Shown here: positions 7,199-15,840 of the stretch, one piece after another
How positions within the stretch are numbered: position 1 is the stretch's first letter
Layout: each line of letters opens with the position of its first letter
Assembly (NCBI GenBank): GCA_947440895.1
Contig: CANETO010000001.1
Location: forward strand, 1 to 26,427
From: Planctomycetaceae bacterium
GTDB lineage: Bacteria > Planctomycetota > Planctomycetia > Pirellulales > UBA1268
Length of the DNA: 26,427 bases
Reading direction: 5' to 3'
Made by a program: the position numbers and the translations under genes
Notes under the pieces: generated by a model
What the model was told of the DNA's origin: nothing
Seen by the model: the letters and a program-made list of their open reading frames with translations, nothing else
Database searches by the model: none

Positions 7199-8221
7199 TC
7201 AGCGAGCCAGAATGCAACTATACCCGGCCCAATCCCAGGGCAGGTGCGAGGCTCCCTGACCGCACCCCCAGGCGGCAAGTGCCGCCTGCAGCCGATCACA
7301 CTCCTGCCGATGCTCCGCCGTCGTGCCCTGAGCCATGGTCGTAGCACGCCAAGCTACCAGCGGCTTGTCCGCGGGCCATGAACGCCACTCCTCGTGAGGC
7401 AGGCCCTCGCAGGGCAGCGAGACGATCAGGCAATCCACGCCGCCGATGGCTGCCGACGGCACCGCATCCGGGGGCTGCGTGCCATCGACCTCCACGCCCA
7501 CGAGCATCGTGCCTTTCAGACGCCGGGCGGCAGCGACGACCGCCCCGGCCCGTTCAGCGGACTCCAGCCGCGGCACCAACGCAAGCACGACCGACGGATG
7601 CAATGCCCACGCGGCGATACGGCTGGCCGCCGTGTCGCGATCGAACGGCTGGTCATCGGCACCCCTGAGCACGGCGATGATGGCCACGCCCGCCTGATCG
7701 GCGGCCGCACAGATCTCGTCGGACGGATCGTCAATCACGGCGGCCGCAGACAGGCTCCGCAGCGACTGTGGATCAAAGCCCGTCGTCGGCATCGTCACGC
7801 CTCGCGGCACCCAGCGCCTGCCTTCGAGCCACAGCGACCTGCCACGCACGCCCAGCCGCCGGAGGCCGACCATCCGGTCGACGAAGGCGACGGTTTGATC
7901 GCCACGTTGAACCTCCGCATGCAGCCGATAGAGATTGGGGAGCTCGGGCGTCCAGTAGGCGGGCTCGGTAAAGACCGCCCGCGCGAAGGCATACTGCCCG
8001 GCCGCATCGATCGGGCGATCACCCCTGATGTCGACAAGCTTCACCGTCGTCGGCAGCGTCATGTCGCGGCCGCGGCGAGGGCCAACGAGCGTGCCAGTCA
8101 CTTGCAGCCGCTCGCCACTGCCGGCGTCGCCACAGGCGACCTGCACCATGATCTCGGCCCGCATGTCGTCGGCCCGACCAGCCAGGATCGCCAGCGGCAG
8201 CGCTGGGCCGGGCAGCATCAC
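7199..8221 (-). CDS. Degenerate glycoside hydrolase family 2-like protein (Ig-like domain plus reduced barrel, probably non-catalytic)
   Basis: 340 aa. YWTPELPNLYRL and VGLRRLGVRGRSLWLEGRRWVPRGV match the GH2 Ig-domain/barrel junction. LHPSVVLALVPRL aligns with NHPSIIxWSxGNE but lacks the Asn-Glu pair. The GTG start overlaps the upstream TGA (GTGA, 8218-8221). Confidence 0.7.
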   Translation of the reverse strand: MMLPGPALPLAILAGRADDMRAEIMVQVACGDAGSGERLQVTGTLVGPRRGRDMTLPTTVKLVDIRGDRPIDAAGQYAFARAVFTEPAYWTPELPNLYRLHAEVQRGDQTVAFVDRMVGLRRLGVRGRSLWLEGRRWVPRGVTMPTTGFDPQSLRSLSAAAVIDDPSDEICAAADQAGVAIIAVLRGADDQPFDRDTAASRIAAWALHPSVVLALVPRLESAERAGAVVAAARRLKGTMLVGVEVDGTQPPDAVPSAAIGGVDCLIVSLPCEGLPHEEWRSWPADKPLVAWRATTMAQGTTAEHRQECDRLQAALAAWGCGQGASHLPWDWAGYSCILAR

Positions 8222-9831
8222 TGGTCATTCCCGGCGGCGAACCGCTGCCTGGCCATGTCGCCCAGTTGCCTCAGGTCGAGCTTTCCAGACCCCAGCATCG
8301 GCAGCTCTTCGATCTCGGCGAAGCTGTCCGCTGAAGGCACCCAGAGTTTTGGCAGGCCGCGTTGGATCAGCGTCTTCACCACCTCTTCCGGATCATGGGA
8401 AGTTGAGAGGTGAAACACAATCAGCCGTTCGCCCTTGGCTACGTCGGGCACGGACGTCACCACCGCCAGCAACTCCCCTTCGGCGGCGCCGAGCGTCTCA
8501 TTCACCGCCTCTTCGATGGTGAGATGCGGCACCATCTCGCCGCCGATCTTCGAGAACCGGCTCTGGCGACCGGTGATCGTGATGAAGCCATCGGCGTCGA
8601 GCTTGGCAATGTCACCCGTGCAATACCAGCCGTCGTGCACCACCTTCGCCGTCAGGTCGGGCCGGTTGAGATAGCCCTGCATCACGTTGGGCCCGCTGAT
8701 CCAGAGCATGCCTTCCTCGCCGATGGGCAGTTCCTTCCGGCTGTCGCGCTCGGTGATCCGGGCGCGGCAGCCGAGGATTGGCTGGCCCACGGTGCCCTCC
8801 CGCGCATCGACCGGTCGCCCCGGCACGTGCCGTGACACAGGCACATTGAGCGACACCAATGGCGAGAGTTCGGTCGCGCCGTAGGCCTCGCTGGGCCGTA
8901 CGCCAAACCGCTTCTCGAAGGCGTCGGAGACTTCTTTGGGAAGCTTCTCGGCAGAGCCGAAGACAGCCTCGAGCGTCGAGAAATCCTCGGCCGGAGTGCG
9001 GCGGGTGTAGTAACGCAGGAAGGTCGGCGTAGCCATCAAGAGCGTGGCGTGATACTCACGCGCCAGCCGGCCAACCGTCTGCGCCTCACGCGGGTCAGTG
9101 TGGTAGACCACGGCAGGATCGAGAGCCAGCGGAGTCCAGAGCGTGGTCGTGTAGCCATAGACGTGGAAGAAGGGCAGCACGCCCATTGCCACGTCGGCCG
9201 GGGAGAGATGGAGGACTCTGTTGATCGCTCGCACCTGCGAACCGACGTTCTCGACTGAGAGCATGACCCCCTTCGGGTCACCCGTAGAACCTGAAGTAAA
9301 GATCACGGTGAGCAGGTCTTCAGGCCTGATCCGGTCAAGTTTGAAAAGTTTATCGAGCACCGCCACGGGTGTGATGGTGGCGTGGACGAATGCCTTCACC
9401 TTGTCGAATGCGTTGAGCCGCTTCCGCAGGTCGCCGGCGTCGAGCAGTCTCGAGCCCGCGTCGAGTTTGACCCTGCTGAGAAAGGCCGGGCTCGAGATCA
9501 CGTGTTTCAGTCCGGCCCGCTCGATGCAGAGATCCACGATCGCCTGCGACGCCGTGTAGTTGAGGTTGACTGCTACCCTGCCTGAGAGCGCCAAGGCCGC
9601 ATTCACAATCGCCGCCCCCGCCGTGGGCGGCAGCAGCACGCCCACCATCTTTTCGTTTGGCTCCAGTACGCGATCGAGCACGCTCTTCGCGGCCAGGATA
9701 CGTGTCAGTGTTTCCCGGCCAGTCAGCCGTGTGCCAAGCGAGTCGGCCATCTTGAGCCGGCTGCCGGCACTGCGGCACGCCCGCAGCAGCAGTCGCTGCA
9801 AAGCCATCGGTTGTTCGGTCGCGGTGGGCAT
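8218..9831 (-). CDS. AMP-binding acyl-ACP/acyl-CoA synthetase resembling the C-terminal ligase domain of Aas (stand-alone)
   Basis: IFTSGSTGDPKGV, YGATELSP, WYCTGDIA, GRQSRFSKIGGEMVPH, LPMLGSGKLD and AVNLNYT motifs. Likely start ATG 9831 (537 aa) or 9807. No PlsC or MFS domain. Confidence 0.9.
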   Translation of the reverse strand: MPTATEQPMALQRLLLRACRSAGSRLKMADSLGTRLTGRETLTRILAAKSVLDRVLEPNEKMVGVLLPPTAGAAIVNAALALSGRVAVNLNYTASQAIVDLCIERAGLKHVISSPAFLSRVKLDAGSRLLDAGDLRKRLNAFDKVKAFVHATITPVAVLDKLFKLDRIRPEDLLTVIFTSGSTGDPKGVMLSVENVGSQVRAINRVLHLSPADVAMGVLPFFHVYGYTTTLWTPLALDPAVVYHTDPREAQTVGRLAREYHATLLMATPTFLRYYTRRTPAEDFSTLEAVFGSAEKLPKEVSDAFEKRFGVRPSEAYGATELSPLVSLNVPVSRHVPGRPVDAREGTVGQPILGCRARITERDSRKELPIGEEGMLWISGPNVMQGYLNRPDLTAKVVHDGWYCTGDIAKLDADGFITITGRQSRFSKIGGEMVPHLTIEEAVNETLGAAEGELLAVVTSVPDVAKGERLIVFHLSTSHDPEEVVKTLIQRGLPKLWVPSADSFAEIEELPMLGSGKLDLRQLGDMARQRFAAGNDQ

Positions 9832-9865
9832 GAGTGGGTCCGGAGTGCGGTTATGGGCGGGCTCG

Positions 9866-9893
9866 TTGCCCGTCCCCCAGAAGCCATTAGAAT
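9866..9893 (+). promoter_or_regulatory. Putative sigma70-type promoter for leuS
   Basis: TTGCCC (9866-9871)-N16-TAGAAT (9888-9893), about 90 nt upstream of leuS. Confidence 0.5.
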
Positions 9894-9983
9894 CGGCCCC
9901 ACCCGGGCTGACCAGTTCGGCCCGCTTTCCGCCTGTTTCTGATTCGTGCACGGATCGGTGCACAGCCCCCCGGACCCCACGTG

Positions 9984-12776
9984 ATGCCCCGTTATCAGCC
10001 GTCCCAGATCGAACCCAAGTGGCAGGCCTGGTGGGACGCGCACGGCACCTTTGCCACGCCGCGGCTGCCTGGGGCGGGGAAGAAGTATGTGCTGGACATG
10101 TTCCCCTACCCCAGCGGCGACGGCCTGCACGTCGGCCACCCCGAGGGCTACACCGCCACCGACATCGTCACCCGGTTTGAACGGATGCGGGGCACGAGTG
10201 TGATGCACCCGATGGGCTTCGACGCCTTCGGCCTGCCGGCCGAGGAGCATGCGATTCGCACCGGCACGCCGCCGCGGGAAAGCACGGAGCGCAACATCGA
10301 CACCTTCCGCCGCCAGTTGAAGATGCTCGGCTTCAGCTACGACTGGAACCGTGCCCTGGCGACGACCGATCCGGAGTATGTCCGCTGGACGCAGTGGATC
10401 TTTCTGCAGCTCTTCGACACCTGGTTCGACACGGCACTCCAGAAGGGCCGGCCGATCGCAGAGTTGCCGATCCCAGCCGACACTGCCCGTGAGGGCGAGG
10501 CCGCCATCGCCGCCTATCGCGACGCCCACCGGCTCGCCTACCAGTCGGAGGCACCGGTGAACTGGTGCCCGGCGCTGGGCACGGTGCTAGCCAACGAGGA
10601 GGTGATCGGCGGAGTGAGTGAGCGGGGCGGCCATCCTGTCGTCCGCATTCCGCTGCGGCAATGGATGCTGCGGATCACCGCCTACGCCGACCGACTCGAC
10701 CGCGAACTCGAAGGCCTCGACTGGCCCGCGAGCATCAAAAAACTCCAGCGTGACTGGATCGGCCGAAGTACCGGCGCCGAGGTCGACTTTTTCATCGCAC
10801 CGACCGACGGTGGTGATGCCGCCTTCCAGCACTGGAAAAAGCTGCGGGCTGACACTGGCTTTTCTGAGCGAACTCCCGAAGACGCTCTCCGCGTCTACAC
10901 GACGCGGCCCGACACGCTCTACGGCGCGACCTTCATGGTCATTGCGCCGGAGCATCCGTTGCTCGACCGACTCACCGCCCCCGGGCAGCGTGACGCGATC
11001 CGCACGTATTGCGAGGCGGCCTCAAGGAAGAGCGATCTCGACCGCACCGACCTCGCCCGCGAGAAGTCGGGGGTCTTCACCGGCTCGTGCGTCGTGCATC
11101 CCCTCTCGGGCAAGCCCGTTCCCGTCTGGGTGGCCGACTACGTGCTCGCCTCCTACGGCACCGGCGCGATCATGGCCGTGCCGGCACACGACGATCGCGA
11201 CTTCGAATTCGCCCAGACTTTTGGGCTCGATGTGGTCACGGTCGTGGAACCTGCCGATGCCACCACGCTGTCGGCGGGCGAACTCTTCACGAGCTACGGC
11301 CTGGCACGTGCCTCGGGCCCCTACACCGGTCTCGACACACGGACGTTCATCACGCGGGTGTCGCACGATCTCCAGACCGCCGGACTCGGCCGGCCGGCGG
11401 TCAATTACAAGCTCCGCGACTGGCTCTTCAGCCGACAGCGGTTCTGGGGCGAGCCGTTCCCGATCCTGCACGAACTCGACGCCGATGGTCGCCCCACCGG
11501 CGTGATCCGCGCGGTCGACGAGCGTGACCTGCCGGTGCCTCTGCCGCACCTCACCGATTTCAAGCCGGGCAATACGCCGGAACCGCCGCTGGGCCGTTCG
11601 GCCGCCGACTGGCTGTTCGTCGAACGCGACGGCAAACGCTATCGGCGTGAGACGAACACCATGCCCCAGTGGGCGGGATCATGCTGGTATTACCTCCGCT
11701 TTCTCGATCCCCACAACACCGACCGCTTTCTCGACCCCGAGATCGAGAAGGCCTGGATGCCGGTCGACCTCTACGTGGGCGGCGCGGAGCATGCCGTGCT
11801 CCATCTGCTCTACAGCCGATTCTGGCACAAGGTGCTGTTCGATCGGGGGCATGTCTCGCAGCCCGAGCCGTTCGGAAAACTCGTCAACCAGGGAATGATT
11901 CTCGGCGAGATGGAGTTCACCGGATACCGCAGCGTGAAGGGTGGCTGGGTGATGGCGGGCCAGCAGTCAGAGGGCGATTCCCCGGTGAAGGTGCCCGCCG
12001 ACCAGGTGGAGAAACAGGGGGAGCATTTCGTGCTTCGCGACGCGCCCAAGATCCGCGTCGAGAGCCGGGCCTACAAAATGTCGAAAAGCCGTGGCAATGT
12101 GGTCAATCCAGACAGCGTTGTCCGTGACCACGGCGCTGATTCGCTGCGCCTCTACGAAATGTTCATGGGACCGCTCGAGGCGACCAAACCGTGGAGCACG
12201 GCAGGCGTGGGGGGCGTTCGTGGGTTTCTGGATCGCTGCTGGCGGCTGGTGGTGGACGAACGGGCCGACGCGGTGACGCTCGCTCCGCAGGTCTGCGACG
12301 ATGCCCCGACCGACGACCAACTCCGCGAAATCCACCGCACCGTCGACAAAGTGACGAAGGACATCCAGTCGCTCTCCTTCAACACGGCTATCGCGCGGAT
12401 GATGGAATTCGTCAATTTCTGCACGCCGCTCGACCGCCGGCCGCGGGCGATTCTCGAGCCGTTCGTGACGGTGCTCGCGCCCTTCGCGCCCCATCTGGCC
12501 GAGGAACTCTGGGAAATTCTCAGTCGACCGGCGCCAGTGTCCCTGGCGGCCTGGCCCGCCGTCGCATCGCAGTGGCTCAAAGATGACACGGTCGAAATCC
12601 CGGTGCAGATCCAGGGAAAACTCCGCGGCCGCGTGACCGTGCCGGCCGATGCCGATGCCGAGGCGATGAAGGCGGCCGCGGCAGCCGATCCGAAGATCGC
12701 GGAACTGATCGCCGGCAAGGAGATCGCGAAGGTGGTCGCCGTCCCCGGTCGGCTCGTGAATTTCGTACTGAAGTGA
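9984..12776 (+). CDS. leuS: Leucine--tRNA ligase
   Basis: [18 protein letters not shown] (HIGH motif), KMSKS, editing domain YTTRPDT and [30 protein letters not shown]. Start is ATG 9984 or GTG 9981. Confidence 0.98.
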   Translation: MPRYQPSQIEPKWQAWWDAHGTFATPRLPGAGKKYVLDMFPYPSGDGLHVGHPEGYTATDIVTRFERMRGTSVMHPMGFDAFGLPAEEHAIRTGTPPRESTERNIDTFRRQLKMLGFSYDWNRALATTDPEYVRWTQWIFLQLFDTWFDTALQKGRPIAELPIPADTAREGEAAIAAYRDAHRLAYQSEAPVNWCPALGTVLANEEVIGGVSERGGHPVVRIPLRQWMLRITAYADRLDRELEGLDWPASIKKLQRDWIGRSTGAEVDFFIAPTDGGDAAFQHWKKLRADTGFSERTPEDALRVYTTRPDTLYGATFMVIAPEHPLLDRLTAPGQRDAIRTYCEAASRKSDLDRTDLAREKSGVFTGSCVVHPLSGKPVPVWVADYVLASYGTGAIMAVPAHDDRDFEFAQTFGLDVVTVVEPADATTLSAGELFTSYGLARASGPYTGLDTRTFITRVSHDLQTAGLGRPAVNYKLRDWLFSRQRFWGEPFPILHELDADGRPTGVIRAVDERDLPVPLPHLTDFKPGNTPEPPLGRSAADWLFVERDGKRYRRETNTMPQWAGSCWYYLRFLDPHNTDRFLDPEIEKAWMPVDLYVGGAEHAVLHLLYSRFWHKVLFDRGHVSQPEPFGKLVNQGMILGEMEFTGYRSVKGGWVMAGQQSEGDSPVKVPADQVEKQGEHFVLRDAPKIRVESRAYKMSKSRGNVVNPDSVVRDHGADSLRLYEMFMGPLEATKPWSTAGVGGVRGFLDRCWRLVVDERADAVTLAPQVCDDAPTDDQLREIHRTVDKVTKDIQSLSFNTAIARMMEFVNFCTPLDRRPRAILEPFVTVLAPFAPHLAEELWEILSRPAPVSLAAWPAVASQWLKDDTVEIPVQIQGKLRGRVTVPADADAEAMKAAAAADPKIAELIAGKEIAKVVAVPGRLVNFVLK

Positions 12777-12795
12777 GCCGGCAGAATGTCGCTAT

Positions 12796-12824
12796 TTGGC
12801 GAGTTCCGCTGGTTCCCGTAGCAT
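12796..12824 (+). promoter_or_regulatory. Putative sigma70-type promoter for glgC
   Basis: TTGGCG (12796-12801)-N17-TAGCAT (12819-12824). Confidence 0.5.
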
Positions 12825-12869
12825 GGAGATTGGCGGGCAGGCACTGGCATTCGCAAGGACGTGTTCATC

Positions 12870-14162
12870 ATGAGCGTGCAGCGTGTATTGGCCCTGGTGC
12901 TCGGGGGAGGCCGGGGCACAAGGCTTTATCCCCTCACCCGCGACCGTTCCAAGCCGGCCGTGCCGCTGGCAGGCAAGTACCGCATCATCGACGTGCCGCT
13001 GTCCAACTGCATCAATAGCGGCGTGCAGCGGATCTACGTGCTCACGCAGTTCAACTCCGTGAGCCTCCACCGCCACATCCGCAGGACCTACACGTTCGAT
13101 CCCTTCAACGGCGGCTTCGTGGAGATTCTGGCCGCCCAGCAGACGACCGACAACGCGGGCTGGTATCAGGGCACGGCGGATGCGGTACGCCAGAACCTTC
13201 GATACCTGCAGCAGCCGGACATCCGCCACGTGCTCATCCTCTCGGGCGACCAACTCTACCGGATGAACTATGCCGACATGCTCGCCACCCACATGGCCAA
13301 CCGCGCCGATGTCACGATCGCGGGGATTCCCGTGCACGCCGAGGCGGCATCGGCACTCGGGATCATGCGGGTCGACGGCCAGGGCCGGGTCGAGGGATTT
13401 CTGGAAAAGCCGCAGACACCAGCCGAACTCGATATGGTGCGGACCGATCCGGAGTGGATTGAACGGCAGGGTATCCCCGCCCGGGGCCGCACTCTGATGG
13501 CGAGCATGGGGATTTACCTCTTCGACCGCGACTGCCTCGTCGATCTTCTCACCAAGACCGATTACCAGGACTTTGGACGAGAGGTCTTTCCGGCCTCGAT
13601 CCGGGCGAGGAAAGTGCAACTGCACCCCTTCGACGGCTACTGGGAGGACATCGGCACGATCCGTTCCTACTACCAGTGCAACCTTGATCTCGCCAGTCCC
13701 GCTCCGCCTTTTGATATGGCCATGCCAGAGGCGCCGATCTACTCCCGCGGCCGGTTCCTGCCGCCGTCACGGATCGACGGCGCTTCCGTGCGGCACAGCC
13801 TGTTGTCCGACGGCTGTCTCGTCGAAGAAGGGGCCGTGATCGAAAACAGCGTGATTGGCCTGCGGTGCCGGATCGGCCGTGACGTGGTGATCCGCAACTC
13901 AGTGATCTTGGGGAACGACTTTTTCGAGACGGCTGAAGACATCGCCTCCAACGCCGCCAAGGGCCTGCCCAGAATGGGCATCGGGGCGGGCACCGTGATC
14001 GAGGGTGCCATCGTCGACAAGAACGTTCGGATCGGCAGCGGCGCCCGCATCATCAACGACCATGGCTGCGAGTCGTCGGCCGACAGCGACCGTTTCACCG
14101 TGCGTGACGGGATCGCGGTGGTTCCCAAGGATGCGATCGTGCCGGACGGCTGGCGTCCCTGA
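12870..14162 (+). CDS. glgC: Glucose-1-phosphate adenylyltransferase (ADP-glucose pyrophosphorylase)
   Basis: LVLGGGRGTRLYPLT, KPAVPLAGKYRIID, YQGTADAVRQ, ILSGDQLY, FLEKP, ASMGIY, YWEDIGTI and C-terminal beta-helix repeats. ATG 12870 fits the AAGGA at 12855-12859 better than GTG 12861. Confidence 0.97.
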   Translation: MSVQRVLALVLGGGRGTRLYPLTRDRSKPAVPLAGKYRIIDVPLSNCINSGVQRIYVLTQFNSVSLHRHIRRTYTFDPFNGGFVEILAAQQTTDNAGWYQGTADAVRQNLRYLQQPDIRHVLILSGDQLYRMNYADMLATHMANRADVTIAGIPVHAEAASALGIMRVDGQGRVEGFLEKPQTPAELDMVRTDPEWIERQGIPARGRTLMASMGIYLFDRDCLVDLLTKTDYQDFGREVFPASIRARKVQLHPFDGYWEDIGTIRSYYQCNLDLASPAPPFDMAMPEAPIYSRGRFLPPSRIDGASVRHSLLSDGCLVEEGAVIENSVIGLRCRIGRDVVIRNSVILGNDFFETAEDIASNAAKGLPRMGIGAGTVIEGAIVDKNVRIGSGARIINDHGCESSADSDRFTVRDGIAVVPKDAIVPDGWRP

Positions 14163-14188
14163 CCCACCATCCCGCGCTCAGCACGTCA

Positions 14189-14791
14189 CTAGCGGCGGGA
14201 CCGCCACCCGGGAGTCTCGCTGGTTTGAAAGGGCACGCTGGCAGTTGGCGTCACCACGGTTTCAGGCTGGGTCGGTTGCGCGGGCTCGGTCAGGGCCGGC
14301 GGAATCACCACTTCAGTCCCCTCCGGTAGCACGTCCACCTGATCGACCAGTGGTTCTTCCGTCGGCTCGGCAACTTCTGGCACGGACTGGAGCGGAGGTG
14401 AGTCCGGTCCGGAGGTATCGGCGACGAGTTCGCCGTCCGCCCCAGACTTCTCTTCGGACTCTCCCACCACGGCGACGGTCTGCTGCAGATCGGCCGGGGC
14501 GTCCTCGTCGGCGAGCATTGGTGTCGGCTCATCCTCTGCTGGTCCAGCGTCCGGGCGGCCGTCGTTCTTGACGATCAGCGGCCAGGGTCTGGGGGCCGCG
14601 CCCAAGGGCAGGATGCCGTTGCTCCGGGCGCGGAAATCGTTCTGGGGCGACGACCCGTTCGGCACGGGGCCGGAGTAATCAAAGGGATCGGGACACATCG
14701 TGCAACCTGCCGAGGCCAGGCCAAGGCCAACCGCGGTTGCGAGCGTCCACGCCCGTGACAGCGGGCCCTGTTTCAGTCGTGACGCGATCAT
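14189..14791 (-). CDS. Hypothetical lipoprotein with an acidic, proline-rich tail
   Basis: ATG 14791 preceded by AGGAAGG. Basic N-terminus, hydrophobic stretch and lipobox-like LASAG-C30, followed by TMCPDPFDYSGP and then D/E/P-rich low-complexity sequence (200 aa). The ORF-track extension to 15175 overlaps the UDG gene. Confidence 0.72.
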   Translation of the reverse strand: MIASRLKQGPLSRAWTLATAVGLGLASAGCTMCPDPFDYSGPVPNGSSPQNDFRARSNGILPLGAAPRPWPLIVKNDGRPDAGPAEDEPTPMLADEDAPADLQQTVAVVGESEEKSGADGELVADTSGPDSPPLQSVPEVAEPTEEPLVDQVDVLPEGTEVVIPPALTEPAQPTQPETVVTPTASVPFQTSETPGWRSRR

Positions 14792-15042
14792 GATGGCCCT
14801 TCCTGATGGCGGATACCGGGGCCCCGGCGGAAGCGGCCGCCCCGGCTGACGCTGCACGCCAACGGGCGGACAGGGTCCACCAGGCTTCGCGGACCATCCC
14901 GCGGACCCAGCCTCACCCCATCGCCCGAGCGACGTGCCTCGGGCCCCAACAGCGGCTGCTCCCCACCCCACCACCCACCACCATTTTCGGACGACGGGAG
15001 CCGGATTCTTCAGCAAAACCGGATTGACCGGAAAAACCGCCC

Positions 15043-15798
15043 CTACAGCTGCACGCCCATCTTCGTCATCAGCAGCTTCATGTCGTCCCAGACCTCGCGC
15101 TTTGCCGGCGGATTTCGCAGGAGATACGAGGGGTGATAGGTGCAGATGACCTGCGCCGTTCCAAAGGAGAACCACCGCTTTCGCAATGCTCCAATGGTCT
15201 CATCGGTCTGCAGCAGTGCCTGCGCCGCCGTTGTTCCCAGGCAACAGATGTATTCAGGGGCGATGATCGCCAGTTGCTTTTCGAAGTAGCCACGACAACA
15301 CGCCGTCTCGTCCGGCAGCGGTCGACGGTTTTCCGGGGGGCGGCACTTCAGCACGTTGAGGATGTAAACGTCCTCTCGTGAGAGCGTGCAGGCTTCGATG
15401 ATCTTCGTGAGCAGCTGTCCGGCGCGGCCCACAAACGGCTCGCCGGACGCATCCTCGTCCGCACCGGGAGCCTCGCCCAGAAAACAGAGCCGTGCCGTGG
15501 TCGAGCCCGTGCCAAACACGGTGTTCGTGCGGGCCTTGGCCAGCGGTTCACAGAGGCGACAGGCTGCCACCTCCTGGCGAAGGACATCGAGAGCCCGGCT
15601 GCGGGCTCCCACGTCTAACGCTGGAGGAACTACGACGGAGCTTCGCCCGCCGCCGCCGTCACTCGCCGGCTTCTTCACCGCTCGTCGCTTCGGCAGGCTG
15701 GAAACCCCAGACGCAGCGAGGCTCTCCAGTCGCTGCTTCAACGCGCGTCGCCGACCATTGCCGCCCGACGAGCCCGACTGTTTGGCGTGTCCATCCAT
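15043..15798 (-). CDS. Uracil-DNA glycosylase family 4 (4Fe-4S type)
   Basis: [38 protein letters not shown] and [11 protein letters not shown] motifs. Start is ATG 15798 or GTG 15819. Confidence 0.95.
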   Translation of the reverse strand: MDGHAKQSGSSGGNGRRRALKQRLESLAASGVSSLPKRRAVKKPASDGGGGRSSVVVPPALDVGARSRALDVLRQEVAACRLCEPLAKARTNTVFGTGSTTARLCFLGEAPGADEDASGEPFVGRAGQLLTKIIEACTLSREDVYILNVLKCRPPENRRPLPDETACCRGYFEKQLAIIAPEYICCLGTTAAQALLQTDETIGALRKRWFSFGTAQVICTYHPSYLLRNPPAKREVWDDMKLLMTKMGVQL

Positions 15799-15840
15799 GG
15801 ATTCCGTCCGTACGTCCACCAGCCGATCCCGGCCGGCCTG

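Noticed and set aside
7199-8221. Calling the GH2-like gene a pseudogene or a beta-galactosidase
   Set aside because: The frame is intact and coupled to the upstream gene, so it is not a pseudogene; the catalytic motifs are absent, so lacZ cannot be supported.
6087-8413. Long plus-strand ORFs 6087-7181 (364 aa) and 7394-8413 (339 aa)
   Set aside because: Antisense to the pyruvyltransferase and GH2-like genes; Arg/His/Gly-rich composition without family motifs.
9894-9983. Possible T-box riboswitch upstream of leuS
   Set aside because: The leader is only about 85 nt and shows no T-box bulge consensus or terminator/antiterminator pair.
14792-15175. N-terminal extension of the lipoprotein ORF in the track
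   Set aside because: It overlaps the udg 3' end; the signal peptide and SD fit ATG 14791.
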